From Patella caerulea (taxonomy: Eukaryota), in the NCBI GenBank assembly GCA_036850965.1, contig JAZGQO010000002.1, positions 27,060,901-27,124,900 on the forward strand: a stretch of 64,000 bases of DNA, given 5' to 3'. This document shows, piece by piece, positions 28,601 to 42,254 of the stretch (positions are counted from its first letter, which is position 1; each line of letters starts with the position of its first letter). The position numbers and the translations under genes are program-made. A model generated the notes under the pieces. That model saw only the letters and a program-made list of their open reading frames with translations, searched no databases and was not told the origin of the DNA.

Positions 28601-31600
28601 GACGATTCTGTTGATACACGACTCACTCCTCTTTCTGTAACAAAACCAATATAAAGCAATGATAACGGAAATAAATTATTTGACTTTTGCAGAAAAAGTC
28701 TCTTATAATTGAATTTTTTTTTATCGGCTTCAACTGAATAGCATTGAGGATTATAAATATGAATGTATTTTTTTATTTGAAACGAAAAGATGCAACGACT
28801 ACAGTGTAGTCACTACATTACCCATGCTTGGATGTAAACATTCAGCAGCAGATGTACCCATGGTAGGATGAAACATTACATGTAGGTCAAATATCAATAT
28901 TACCCATAATTAGATTACAATATTCAACAGCAGATGCACCCATGGTTAGGTTGAAACATTATTTTGCCTGATTACACTATTTTGCCTATACCGTTTTGGG
29001 GGGGGAATACTACCGGTGGTGTAGGCTATCAGTGATAGTACATGGCCAATCACGCTATTTTACCGAGACAGTTTGGATGCAGATATGGTGGGTGTTGGCG
29101 GTAGACTGGGTAAGCTTACTCTTCCGGACACCTGTTACCACTGTTTGTTGTGTATTTTGTACACGGTGAACAGTCCATTTGCTGATTATACTATTTTGCC
29201 TGAACTATTTTTTCGGACTTTGAATTTTGACTAATGGTTTGGATTGTTCGTACTTAGTTTTATTTAATGGTAGGGGAAAGTAACTATAGTATTACCCATG
29301 ATAGGATTTAAACATCCCATTGAAGAAGCCAAGTCATCACCAAAAGAACCTGGTGGTATGCAGATAGCTTGAGATGAAGATGCCACCTTAGTATTATTCA
29401 TAGCTCTCCCTGAAGCATAGATACCCTCAAAATCATCAGATCTATATCTAGACCTTGTTCTTCGACTAGCATGAACATCAGACTGACTTTTATCTTGAAG
29501 TTTGCGCCTATTGCTATGGTAAAAACTGGAACTTTTCCCCTGCCTTAAAAACAGAAAAACACATTCATTATTTACAGGAGATCTCATAAAATACTTAGAA
29601 TATCTGAATAAGGAGTCTAGGATAAAGAAAGGGATACCGATCTCCAGGATGCATGCAATATGATACAGTGAAAATCTGCAATGTGAAAAATCAGAGCGTG
29701 GTTTTATTTGCAGATCCAACTTCATCCAAAAAAATTTATTTGAAGCTTCTAGAAGGCTTGATATCTATACAATTTGAAATAGAAACTTTCTCCTTTACAG
29801 CAAACAAATAAAATTCCACAATTTGGTATCATATTTATAGTCTACTTAGCTTAATGTACCATAAATTATGTACAAAAAAATAATAATAAAAAAAACTTAC
29901 AACAAAGAACAACAGGTTTTATAATTTAAATCATTTGAATTATTTCATTATGGAGAAGAGATTTTTAACCATCGATAAATTTAGATAATTTTCCATGTAG
30001 AAGTTGCAAACACTTTTATGCACAAGCCATGGTATGCAACGTTCTTATATTATTGCTGTATTTTGTACCATAAAACAAACATTTATATAATCAGATTATC
30101 ATTCACCATAGTAAACAATACAATACAAATAAACAACATTCACAAGCTATTAATGTATCAAGCATATTAATAAAAGCCATAAAAGATGATTGTGAAATCT
30201 AATTACCGGTAGTAAATGATCTTACATCAACAACATATCTATCTTACAGATATCTTTTTTAATTGGAATTAAATTTTCATAAGAATCTCAATCCTAATGA
30301 TACCAGCATAGTACTGTAAATATATATTTTTCACTAGATTTTGTAACCTGCTTGTCTGACTAAACGATGTAAATGTGCTTTTGACCTCAGTTAAAAAATA
30401 AAGTCATGCTTGTGAACTGATTTTATTGAAATTCTGCTTCACAAGATTTGAGCATCTGCTGCACTTCAAGTGAGAGAGAGATTGGTTTTAACGTCCACTG
30501 GGTCAATAATTAGCTTGAGGTAGGGGTCTTCAGCTGTGTGAGGAAATTGATGGACCCAGAGAAAACCCACGCGATTTGACAGACGCCCCTATTGGTTGTC
30601 ATGTCAGACCCCATAATCTCAACGCATGCGTTAGACCATTCAGTCTACAAAGAAAGAGTCTGGTTTAGCTTTAGCTGTACAGATTGTCATAGTTTCCAAA
30701 ATGTGTAATATTCTAAAATTGATACCATCATATTTTGTGTGTATCAAACCATAATATGTTGGAAAGGCTCCATCAACCTGTACCTGACAGTTTCATCAAA
30801 ATATGTTTAGTCATAGAACTCGAAAAAAACAATTATTGATGGAACCAAAAATGATAATACCAGTCAATTTCCAGTTCCTTCATTCCAATTGAAAATAATC
30901 ACCAGGTTTGATATCTAACTGATGTAATGAAAGTGGTATACCTTTCACTTTTCTTCAATTAAGACAAGAATATAGTACCGGTATTCATACACGTTTAAAT
31001 ATTTAAAATAGCATTATGCAAGAGCAAAATCTGCTTTTTACAAGTCTTTCTTTAAGCCTGAGATGTTATCTAAATAATCAATTAGACATTAATTAACACA
31101 TCCAGACCATAATAAACTCGTTATGTCAAGGCTAGCCTTCGATGTTGGCAGATTGAAATCGTATATGCCGCTTAATGGCGGTTGATAATTAAATCAATCA
31201 AGTGGATAATCGAGACTACGCTGTTTATATTAATGATTTGAGTAATGATGACCGAGGCTATGAATATTTTAAATGCTTTTTTCTCGGCTAATAGTGAATC
31301 AATTTGACTGAAATTTTCAGCAAATTATCTTTACACTATCTAGTTTTTAACTATTATAGTGAGAACTGCCATCTCTTTATCTTATCTCCCATAATGTAAC
31401 TTTAAGCATTAATTAATAACGCTAGTGTGGAGTTTTAAATGTAATAATATTTTTCTAAAAATATCTATAATATAACAATTTAAGAAACTCTTGATCTTTT
31501 ATAAAATATATAGAGATACTGGTAAGAATTATATGGGTTTTGAGGGATTTTCTTCTGGGTGTTAAAATAATACATAATATTTTGAGAGGGTATACCAGAA

Positions 31601-34600
31601 AATTGCAAAGCTTATAAATTGACTTGTCTCTAGCTCTTTCATTTGTTACGCAAATAATGAAAACTTTACTTACACTTCCTCAATTTCATCTCTAGTAAAA
31701 AAAAATAAATTATAAAGAAAATGAAATGAGAGGTGAGTATAAGAAAATAATGAGATGATTATAATATTAATGAACTATAATAAATATTAACAATTATAAT
31801 ATGTAGGATGTTAATAATGTATTTATCTTTAACCTACACCAGTGAGGAGTGCGATTTTCTAATGAAGAATCCAAGTTCAGAGTTTCAACAGTATAGCTGC
31901 CAGACACCGTTTATTGTTTCTATACATTAGATGGATACACAATAAATTGTAAGTAATTAAAAGTTTATGATGCATTTGAACTTATATTCTAAATTATTTC
32001 AATATATAGATTTTTGGTACATACAAATAACCTAAATAGAAAGAAGTTTATTCAAAACCTAAAATTTCAATCGTGAATTGTAAATTATTACCATGTTTGT
32101 CACGAAATTGTTCAAGTCCAAACATTCAATGGGCATTTTGTCCAAACACTAGATAGTTACAGTCCGTTATAAGTTAATAAGTTATCAACTACATAATGAA
32201 ATTGAAGTGATTATAGATGATACAAGATGCAAGACAAACTAAACAAGAGTAAGCTACGTATAATATGCAAATTAGGACAAAAACATATACAAAAATACAT
32301 ATCAATAACAAACCCATTTAGTAAATATATACACAGCTTAAAAATAAGAAACTTACAGTGGTCTGGGATTGTTTCGAGACGGAAGTTTGAATACTTGAGC
32401 ATCATATTCATCATACTCCATAAATGGAAAGCTATCATCATCATCTTCAAAATTAGATGGTGTACGGCAAGCTGTAATAAACACAACAATTTACATATTA
32501 TATCTATTCATATTATAATTTTTCATTGCATCTATCCATATTATAATTTTTCATTGCATCTATTTAAAAGAAATGAAACTGTCTTTGGTTAAAGATTATA
32601 AAATGTAGTGATAATATTTCTACATGTTGAACGAGATGGAACATATACATTCTTTGTTATTTTGTTGGCGATGTTGAACAAAAGCAAATCAATGAAATCA
32701 GTCTATTAAGTTAGATGATTAAATACTACACCATTCCCATACACATGGACATTTAAAAGGAAAACATAGAATGAGTTATTGAATGACCAAATATTGAAGA
32801 CAAAAATCAGAAACATAGTTGGAATTTAAATATCCCTTAAAGTTAAAATTCCAGATTTATTTTAGTGAAAAACTCGCGGCTGCCATGCAGGATACACCCA
32901 CATTTTTGAGAGATGGATAGAGAGAGAAAGAAATGAGGTTTAGGTCCACTCAACACAAACTAGGTCATTTCAGGACTAACTTATGGTTTAATTTTATTTC
33001 AATAATTCGCTTGCGCGTAGGGGTCTTTAGCAGTGGGAGGAGACCGGAGTGCCCCAAAGAAACCCATGAGGTTGAGAAGCGCCCCTATCTCCATGTCACA
33101 TACGCTCACACCAGGGCTCGAAACCACACCAGCAAGCCAGAGGTGACCGGTCAGCTAGACGTCGAAGCGCGGCACTCTAGACCACTAGGCCATCCCAAAC
33201 CCCCCGAGAGATGGATAGAGAACAAGCTAAAAAGAGAGGTTTTTTTCCTACAATCAAGGGCTATAATTCATGAAGTTACAATTTGATATGCACAAATATC
33301 AAAAAGAACCAAGATCTTTGGGTTATAAACATGCATTTCAAGTTTCATCAAAATCGGTTCAAACTTGTGACCCCTATAGTGTTACAAGCAAAAACTTGAT
33401 CTTTCGTATAATCAGGGGCCATAATCCATAAAGTTACAGTCTGATACATGCCAATATCGAAAGGAACAGAGATCTTATGGTTATAAACCTATATTTTAGG
33501 TTTCATTGACATCAGATAAAGATAGGTTGCCAGGCAACGAAACATACGCCCACAACAGCTAAGTCGTCCGGGCAGTCAACAAGGGTTGTCGCATATTGTT
33601 TCTTTTATCAGTAAGGAGAACATTAAGTAATTATCAGAATTGATTAGAATAGTTTTGATGGTTTGTCTGAAGGCCTTTGTCCACAAGATATTTCAAAGTG
33701 ATCAAGCGTCAGAAATTATCAGATATCACTGAAAATCAAATAGGATTCTTCGTCTCATGACCCTAACCAAAGTGTACAAATTTAAAGTCAATCTGATATT
33801 AACTTTAGCCTTTAGAGCATTCATAGGGTTTTTCAAAGTGATCAAGGGTCATAACTCTGGTAGTAATTATCGGATATCGCTGAAAATAAATAGGCTATTT
33901 TTATCATGACCGTAAATAGTGTGTATAAATTTAAAGTCAATTGGATATTAACTTTAGATTTTTCAAAGTGATCAAGGATCATAACTCTGGCAGTAATTAT
34001 CTGATATTGCTGAAAATCAATCATGACTTTAAACACCGTGTATAAATTTAAATTCAATCGGATATTAACTTTAGCCTCTAGAGCGTTCACAAGATTTTTC
34101 AAAGTGATCAAGGGTCATAACTCGGGCAGGAATTATCCGATATTGCTGACAATCAACAGGCTTCTTCGTATCATGACCTTTAACACTGTGTATAAATCTA
34201 AAGTCAATCGGATATTAACTTTAGCCTCTAGAGCGTTCACAAGATTTTTCAAAGTGATCAAGGGTCATAACTCTGGTAGTAATTAACGGATATTGCTGAA
34301 AATCAATAGGCTTCTTCGTCTCATGACCTTAAACACTGTGTATAAATTTAAAGTCAATCGGATATTAACTTTAGCCTTTAAAGCGTTCACAAGATTTTTC
34401 AAAGTGATCAAGGGTCATAACTCTGGTAGTAATTATCGGATATCACTGAAAATCAATAGGCTTCTTTGCATCATGACTTTAAACACCGTGTATAAATTTA
34501 AATTCAATCGGATATTAACTTTAGCCTCTAGAGCGTTCACAAGATTTTTCAAAGTGATCAAGGGTCATAACTCGGGCAGGAATTATTGGATATTGCTGAA

Positions 34601-37600
34601 AATCAACAGGCTTCTTCGTATCATGACCTTACACACTGCGTATAAATTTAAAGTCAATTGGATATTAACTTTAGCCTCTAGAGCGATCACAAGATTTTTC
34701 AAAGTGATCAAGGGTCATAACTCTGGCAGTAATTATCAGATATCACCGAAAATCATTAGGCTTCTTCGTCTCATGACCTTAAACACTGTGTATAAATTTA
34801 AAGTCAATCGGATATTAACTATAGCCTCTAGAGCGTTCACAAGATTTTTCAAAGTGATCAAGGGTCATAACTCTGGTAGTAATTATCGGATATCGCTGAA
34901 AATCAATAGGCTTCTTTGCATAATGACTTTAAACACCATGTATAAATTTAAATTCAATCGGATATTAACTTTAGCCTCTAGAGCGTTCACAAGATTTTTC
35001 AAAGTGATCAAGGGTCATAACTCTGGTAGTAATTATCGGATATCACCGAAAATCAATAGGCTTCTTCGTCTCATGACCTTAAACACTGTGTATAAATTTA
35101 AAGTCAATCGGATATTAACTTTAGCCTCTAGAGCGTTCACAAGAAATTGTGGACGATGGACGGACGGACGGATGGGCGGACCGACGGACAGACGGACGGA
35201 CGGGGGCGACGGCAATATACGACCACATTTCCATGTGGGCGTATAAAAATTGTGACCTGTAGACTGTTCACAAACAATTGCGGATGGACGGACGTCCCGA
35301 CGAAACAGGGGCGACGACAATATAGAACCACATGAAAATGTGGGCGTATAAAAAGGATTGTTTCTGTGTGAAGGCTTCCAGAACACTTAATGCTACAATA
35401 AAAGTAAAAGCTCTATAATATATATTTAAAAGAAATAACAACTGTTAATGTTAGTTGTCTGGTGCAGTTTAGAAAATATCACTTGCCTATTTCTTCACAT
35501 TTTAAAGTTCACTTTGCTTTTTTAAAATGACGTTTTTCGAAAAGATCACTAGCCTATTTCTCCACATTTTGATGTTCACTTCTTTGCTTTTTTAAATGAC
35601 GTTTGCTTTTAAAGACTCAGTGAAAACTATGACCTTTCCTTTTTAAACATTAATCACTAACCTTTTAGTTTGGGTTTTTCTGCTAATAAATCTAACTGAA
35701 AATCAATGACAATCATGCATTAAAGAGTATGTTTAAGAATAATTAATACAGTGCAGCACTGGATGATTTTGGTTGGCACCACGATCCATTCACTTGATCT
35801 GATATTTATGGGGTTTTTTTAATGAAAGGTGTGGGGGGGTAATGTCCTACCGTTCTGCTCTGACTGAGTTAATGAAGATGGACTTATGCCGCACAATGTG
35901 CTATGAGAGAAATTTTGCACTATTGCCTACTCTTATATCAAATTCCAACTGCCAGGGGATCTTTTACGTGCATGACAATTTACACACAGACTTGGTTTTT
36001 CATCCCATCCCAATGAATAGAATGAACAGACAAGGGGAAATCACATCTGAAAATCACGATGAACTTTCTCGTGCAATGCAGGGATCAACCGCCCGACCTC
36101 TAGGCTAGAAAGCCAGCATGGCACCTACTTAGCCAGCGTGGTTCCAGATATGTATTTTGTTTATTGTAATTACTATTATGCTATTATAGACTTCTTACAG
36201 AGCATATTGTAGATTCAACTCTTTTACTTTCAATATCATCAAAATCAAATAAATTTTTATTAATATCTAACACTTACATATTCTTGTGGTGGTTTTATTC
36301 TTGGTATAAATGACATATTCTTGAAATTCTCAATTTGATTTTTTGAAATATAAAAACTGAAAAAAATCAAATTTGTATTAAACAACAACAGATAATTATC
36401 ACTTATTTATGGCTACAGAGTATATTCTAAACCAAAATATTCAAATGTTTTTTTTTGTTACAGTTACTTTTATTTAAACGGAATTTTACAAATGTGTGAG
36501 AGAATGGGTTTTAACGCCACTCAACACAAACTAGGTCACTTCAGGAATAACACGTGGTTCAATTTCATTTTAATAATTTGTTTGCCCATAGGGGTCTTTA
36601 GCAGTGGGAGGAAATCAGAGGACCCAGAGTAAACCCTTGAGGATTGACGGGTGACCCTACTCCTTGTCACATATACCAAGGTAATCAAAGCCACGCTATT
36701 TGACTCAATGACAGACTTTATGATACAGCATGCACAAGCTAACCATTGGGTCATCCCCCACTAACATTTCCATTTGTTTCAATTTGTTTTATGATACTTC
36801 GTTATTTTTGGTTTTAGATAATCCCCCCCGACACCCTTAATACTTTGAATAATGATCTAAAGAAAATTCATGATTGGTCCGAAAAGTGGAAGGTCGAATT
36901 CAACCCAGATAAAACTATCAGTCTTACATTTAGTAGAAAAAACAACCCAACCTTGCTTGTCGCTTCTTTTAATGATATCCCATTATATGACACAAATACC
37001 CATAAACATTTAGGTGTAATTTTTAACAAACATTGTAAGTGGGACAATCACGTGGATTATTTAATTAGTAAAACCTCAAACATGGTCGACTGTCTGAGAA
37101 GTTTGAAATATAGACTATCATGTAAGTCATTGAGTATTTTGTATAAATCTTTTATTCTTTCTATTTTTGATTACGCTTATATAGTCTGGAATAATACTAC
37201 TGAAATAAATTCGCAAAAATTAGAAAAGCTCCACTTGGATGCGTTACGAACGATAACCGGCCTGCCTCGTGGAACCTCCCATAATGCACATTATACTGAA
37301 TCCGGATTCTCATCTTTATCAGTGTGACATCAAGCTCATAAATTAACATTGTTTTATAAAATGGTAAATAACATAGCCCCCAGTTATCTTTGTTGTTTTA
37401 TCCCACCAATTATCTCTTCCAGCAACCCTTACAACCTACGTAACTCCAACCACATTACACAAATTAAATGTAAAACTAATATTTACAAAAACTCCTTTTT
37501 GCTGTCTGCAATAAAAGCGTGGAATAGTTTAGACAATGAAATAAAAAAAGCCTCGTCTGTCTCTGATTTTAAAACTAAACTGTATCCAACCTTATTTCCC

Positions 37601-40600
37601 AAAGTCAACAAACTGTTCTACTACGGTGAACGACAATTCCAAATTATCCACTGTAAACTACGTAATAATAAAAGTGATTTAAGATACCATAAGTTCCTCG
37701 ATGTGACTGTGATCTCGACCTAGAAACCACCGAACACTTTTTACTCTACTGTCCATACTACGCACTTCAGCGAAATAATACCATTAATTTATTACCAATG
37801 TATTTTAGAAATATCACTTGCCTACTCTATGGTAATGCCGAATTATCTTTAGACGTCAACAGCGATATTTTTAAATGTCTTTACAAATATATTAAAGATA
37901 CGAAACGTCTTACTCTGTAAAATACAACCTTGGGGTGAGGATTATGATTATAATTATTATTATTTTTTTATTCATTTTTTTATTATTTTTTTTTATTTCT
38001 TTTTTTATTCATTTTTTTAAAAAAAAAAAATTTATTTTTTTTATTTATTTATTTATTTTTTTATTTATTTATTTTTTTTAAATTAATTGATTTATTTTTC
38101 TTTTCCTTACTTTTTTATTATTATTCATTTTTTTTTCTATCATTTTTCTTATATATTTTTTTTTATTATTATTATTTTCTAATTATTTATTTATTTACTC
38201 AAAATTAAAATCTTATTTATTTGTTTAATTGTACCATAACTAAAACAAAAAATTAGTTTTTGTCTGTATCATATATAATTCGACATTGTACATGAATTAT
38301 ACACCCAAACCTGAAGGAAGCAAATTAATATAAGCCTACTTGACTTGTTTTTGTATCCTATTATTTATGCTCTTTTATACTGTATAATATTCTCGAAATA
38401 AATACTGTTTATACCAATTTGTTTTAGATCTCTAGAACAATTAAAATTTCTGATAGAGAAAATTCTAATATCTTAATTATCCTGACATATAACTGGCTGT
38501 CTATAATCAAGGTCAAAAAAGGTACATGGAAGTCAAATACACACCTAGAATACAATTTTCTAAAACCATGTATTTTGATATCAATGGAGTGACCATCGGA
38601 ATAAAGAGAATGTACATAACATGATATTTACCTATGATTCATCCAATGTGGTATATTATAATCATCTCCTATCTCAAATGTTGTCTGGGCATCTTTACTA
38701 TGGAACTGTTAAACAAAAATATACATATTCTAGTGTTTTGTACAGTATGAAACTTATTTCTTTGTTTAATGCAAGTGGATTGTCTACTGGAAGGTTTAAA
38801 GTCTGATGAGGAATTAATTAAATGTATTGAATTATATAACAGGAACATATACCTTAAATAGTGGTGCTGCATGCAATGGTTGTTCTCCCATACAAACTAA
38901 ATCACTTCCAACACCTTAAACATACATCATCAAATAATATTTACTCGGCTTACTAGTAATTTATACATCAAATAATAATATGCATACAATCATATGTAAT
39001 ATACTAATACATCATACATCAAATTACAATCTCTTCATAATATATATCATATATCAAATAACAGCAATATTTCTTTTGCTGACAATATAGAGGGCAAAAT
39101 ATTACCGATTTTTCAAAAAGGAAATTTAATAATTTACCTACCACAATCAATAGTACGTTGTTTAGTAATATTAGTTAATTCACGGTCAACTTCAAATACA
39201 CCTGGACCTGGTGTTATCACTACTGACACTTTACCTGTTCTATCAAAATTACGATCCATATAATGGGTCTCAAATACTAAAAAATAAATATAACCAACAT
39301 TTGAATTAGAATACTACTGAATAAAACAAAATACTTATAAAACATAAACCTGTATTATGATAATACAAATACCCATCTTTACGGGGCGATACTGTACACT
39401 ACCTGGGCACTACAATATAATATCTAACAATATAACCACAAATACACATTTTGTCTAGCTCATTATGTTTTTCATTTCATTAAACTGTTCAGAGTATATA
39501 AGCTGAATTTGGGATTATTAGGTGTTTCATGAATAAATCCTACGCCAGCAATACCATTTCTTAAAGAAAACAGACTGAAATATCAAATAATGACATGCCT
39601 ATTATCAATAAAATAAGACACAATAAAATTTTCAAAACTCTATTTTGTAGGGCTACTCCAAGTTTAAATGATTTATAATCAAAATGAACATACTTACAAT
39701 TTAAAGACATGTTTAGAGTTTCTAGAAAGTTGCCTTGAGCAGCTGTAGAGTTATATCCCATGGGTATATGTTTTCTGTTTTTACGATGATAATGTAAGAC
39801 ACGATCAGCATATTTATTAAAGAGAATGCGTAACTCTCGTAACGTATTTGACCATTCTTCATACATATATCTTTCATTCTGAACTACCACTCTGAAAAAT
39901 GTCAGTAAACATATTTTTACTAATAAACCATAACATATACTTATGGAACAACAATTACTGATTGAAAATGTTGAGAGAATACACTTTGAAACATCGCCTA
40001 AATAAATCAGTAATTGTTCTTCCATAAGAATTTGTTATAGTTTATTGTTCTATCCAGTTAATGAATGTCTCTAAAAGATCATATTTTTACACTGATGTCT
40101 TTGATATACAACATCATGAGTTAAAAAAAATACAAGCTGATAATTTCCCATAGTCATTACCTATAAAAATCTTCATATATTCTTCCTTTACAATCAGTTT
40201 GTAAACAATCTCGAATATGTTCTGGGAAATCATCTGAAAATAAAATGGAATAAGTTACTGTAATAAAATATCCATTAATTTGTGCTAATGTGTATACTCA
40301 TTTTTTCTTTGTTGACAACATACAGTTATAATAGTGATTGAAAACAGATGGCAAGTAATAACACTGATGCTATATTAAAAATGGAAGACAAACCCATAGA
40401 CTGTACATCATAGAATGTTCTGGAGAATAATACTATAGTAACATCATGACAACAATTTTGTTCCTGTAATAAAAATAAAAAGTCCATTTTTCATTTTATT
40501 TCATAAAGTATGTCTCATAAAGAGTTATATTTATACAGTCCCATGAAATTCTAATATCAAAACATAACTCTGGAAGTGACTATTGAATTAAGTTAATAAG

Positions 40601-42218
40601 GTTTCTTCTCCTGAATAAAGTAACCATTCCACAATAATTTATATATTTTAGAAAGATAGAACAATAATTGTAGCCTCAGGAGTACAGATTTGGTTGGCCG
40701 TCAGTATGACAGATCTATTGATGTACAATAAACCTACCTTCCATTTGAGAAATAGATCTGTAAGAAAACCATTAACAGCTTTTTCAAAATACAGATCTCC
40801 GCTAATATCAAAATCCCACATTTCAGATGACATCTGGATAAAAATTTGAACAACAGCTGTGGAAGAACGATAGACTACCTGAAAATATGACAAGCCAACA
40901 GTGAGGCTGATGGCCCCCCGCCGAAATCCCAAAATAAATAGATGACACATATTAATAAATCGCACATTTATTTTTTTCAAACGTATCGAGCAATCAAACT
41001 GTCCACAAAGTGTCATCCAAAAGAGTTTTAAAAAGAAAAATGCTAAAACCGACGAGAAAAATGAAAATGTACCCTAGTTAGGGGGACCAAAAAGGAAGAC
41101 AAAAGGGCCCCCACGCTTGACAAAAGGGCCCCTCTGGCCAAGGGAAAGGGCCCTCGTGTCCAAGTCAATCGTTTCTATACACTGTTACTGTCGAATCCAT
41201 CAATCATGATGAACCTAAGTTATCTTGTCCCAAAGTATCAACCAATCAAATTGCTTATCTCTGCTTAACCTTGGCGGAAAATGCCCATCTTCGAACTCCA
41301 TCAAGGCATTGATCTAATAAGCATATACACCAAGTTTGAACATTTTAACTCAATTAGAAGGAGAGTTATTGTGTTCCAAAGTCTCGACCAATCAAATTGC
41401 GTATCGCTCTGCTTACCCTGAGCAGAAAATGCTCATTATCGAACTTAGTCAAGGTATTACTGTAATGAAACTATACACCAAGTTTCATCACTCTCACTAA
41501 TTAGAAGTAAAGTTATCGTGTCTAAAAACATCAACCAATCAAATTGCTTATCTCTGCTTACCCTAAGCGGAAAATGCTCATCTTCGAACTCCATCAAGGC
41601 ATTGACCCAATATACACCAAGTTTGAACATTTTAACTCAATTAGAAGGAGAGTTATTGTGTTCCAAAGTCTCGACCAATCAAATTGCGTATCGCTCTGCT
41701 TACCCTGAGCAGAAAATGCTCATTATCAAACTTAGTCAAGGTATTACTGTAATGAAACTATACACCAAGTTTCATCAATCTCACTTAATTAGAACTAAAG
41801 TTATCTTGTCCCAAGGCATCAAGCAATCAAATTGCTTATCTCTGCTTACCCTAAGCGGAAAATGCTCATCTTCGAACTCCATCAAGGCATTGACCTAATA
41901 AGCATATACACTAAGTTTGAACATTTTAACTCAATTAGAAGGAGAGTTATTGTGTTCCAAAGTCTCGACCAATCAAATTGCGTATCGCTCTGCTTAGCAG
42001 AAAATGCTCATTATCGAACTTAGTCAAGGTATTACTGTAATGAAAGTTATCGTGTCCCAAAGCATCAACCAATCAAATTGCTTATCTCTGCTTACCCTAA
42101 GTGGAAAATGCTCATCTTCGAACTCCATCAAGGCATTGACCTAATAAACACATACACCAAGTTTGAACATTCTAGCTCAATTAGGAAGATAGTTATTGTG
42201 TCCCAAAAAGTGAGACGG

Positions 42219-42254
<36 letters not shown>

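Noticed and set aside
32211-32489. Listed ORF '[24 protein letters not shown]...' on the minus strand
   Set aside because: It overlaps a real DEPDC5 exon but in the wrong frame. The coding frame is the adjacent one, which gives '[30 protein letters not shown]'.
34293-35246. 317-aa ORF (the longest in the track) and neighbouring ORFs 33842..34286
   Set aside because: Produced by the 150-bp satellite read in one phase (a repeating '[38 protein letters not shown]' peptide). There is no start context or domains, and the ORF ends where the array ends.
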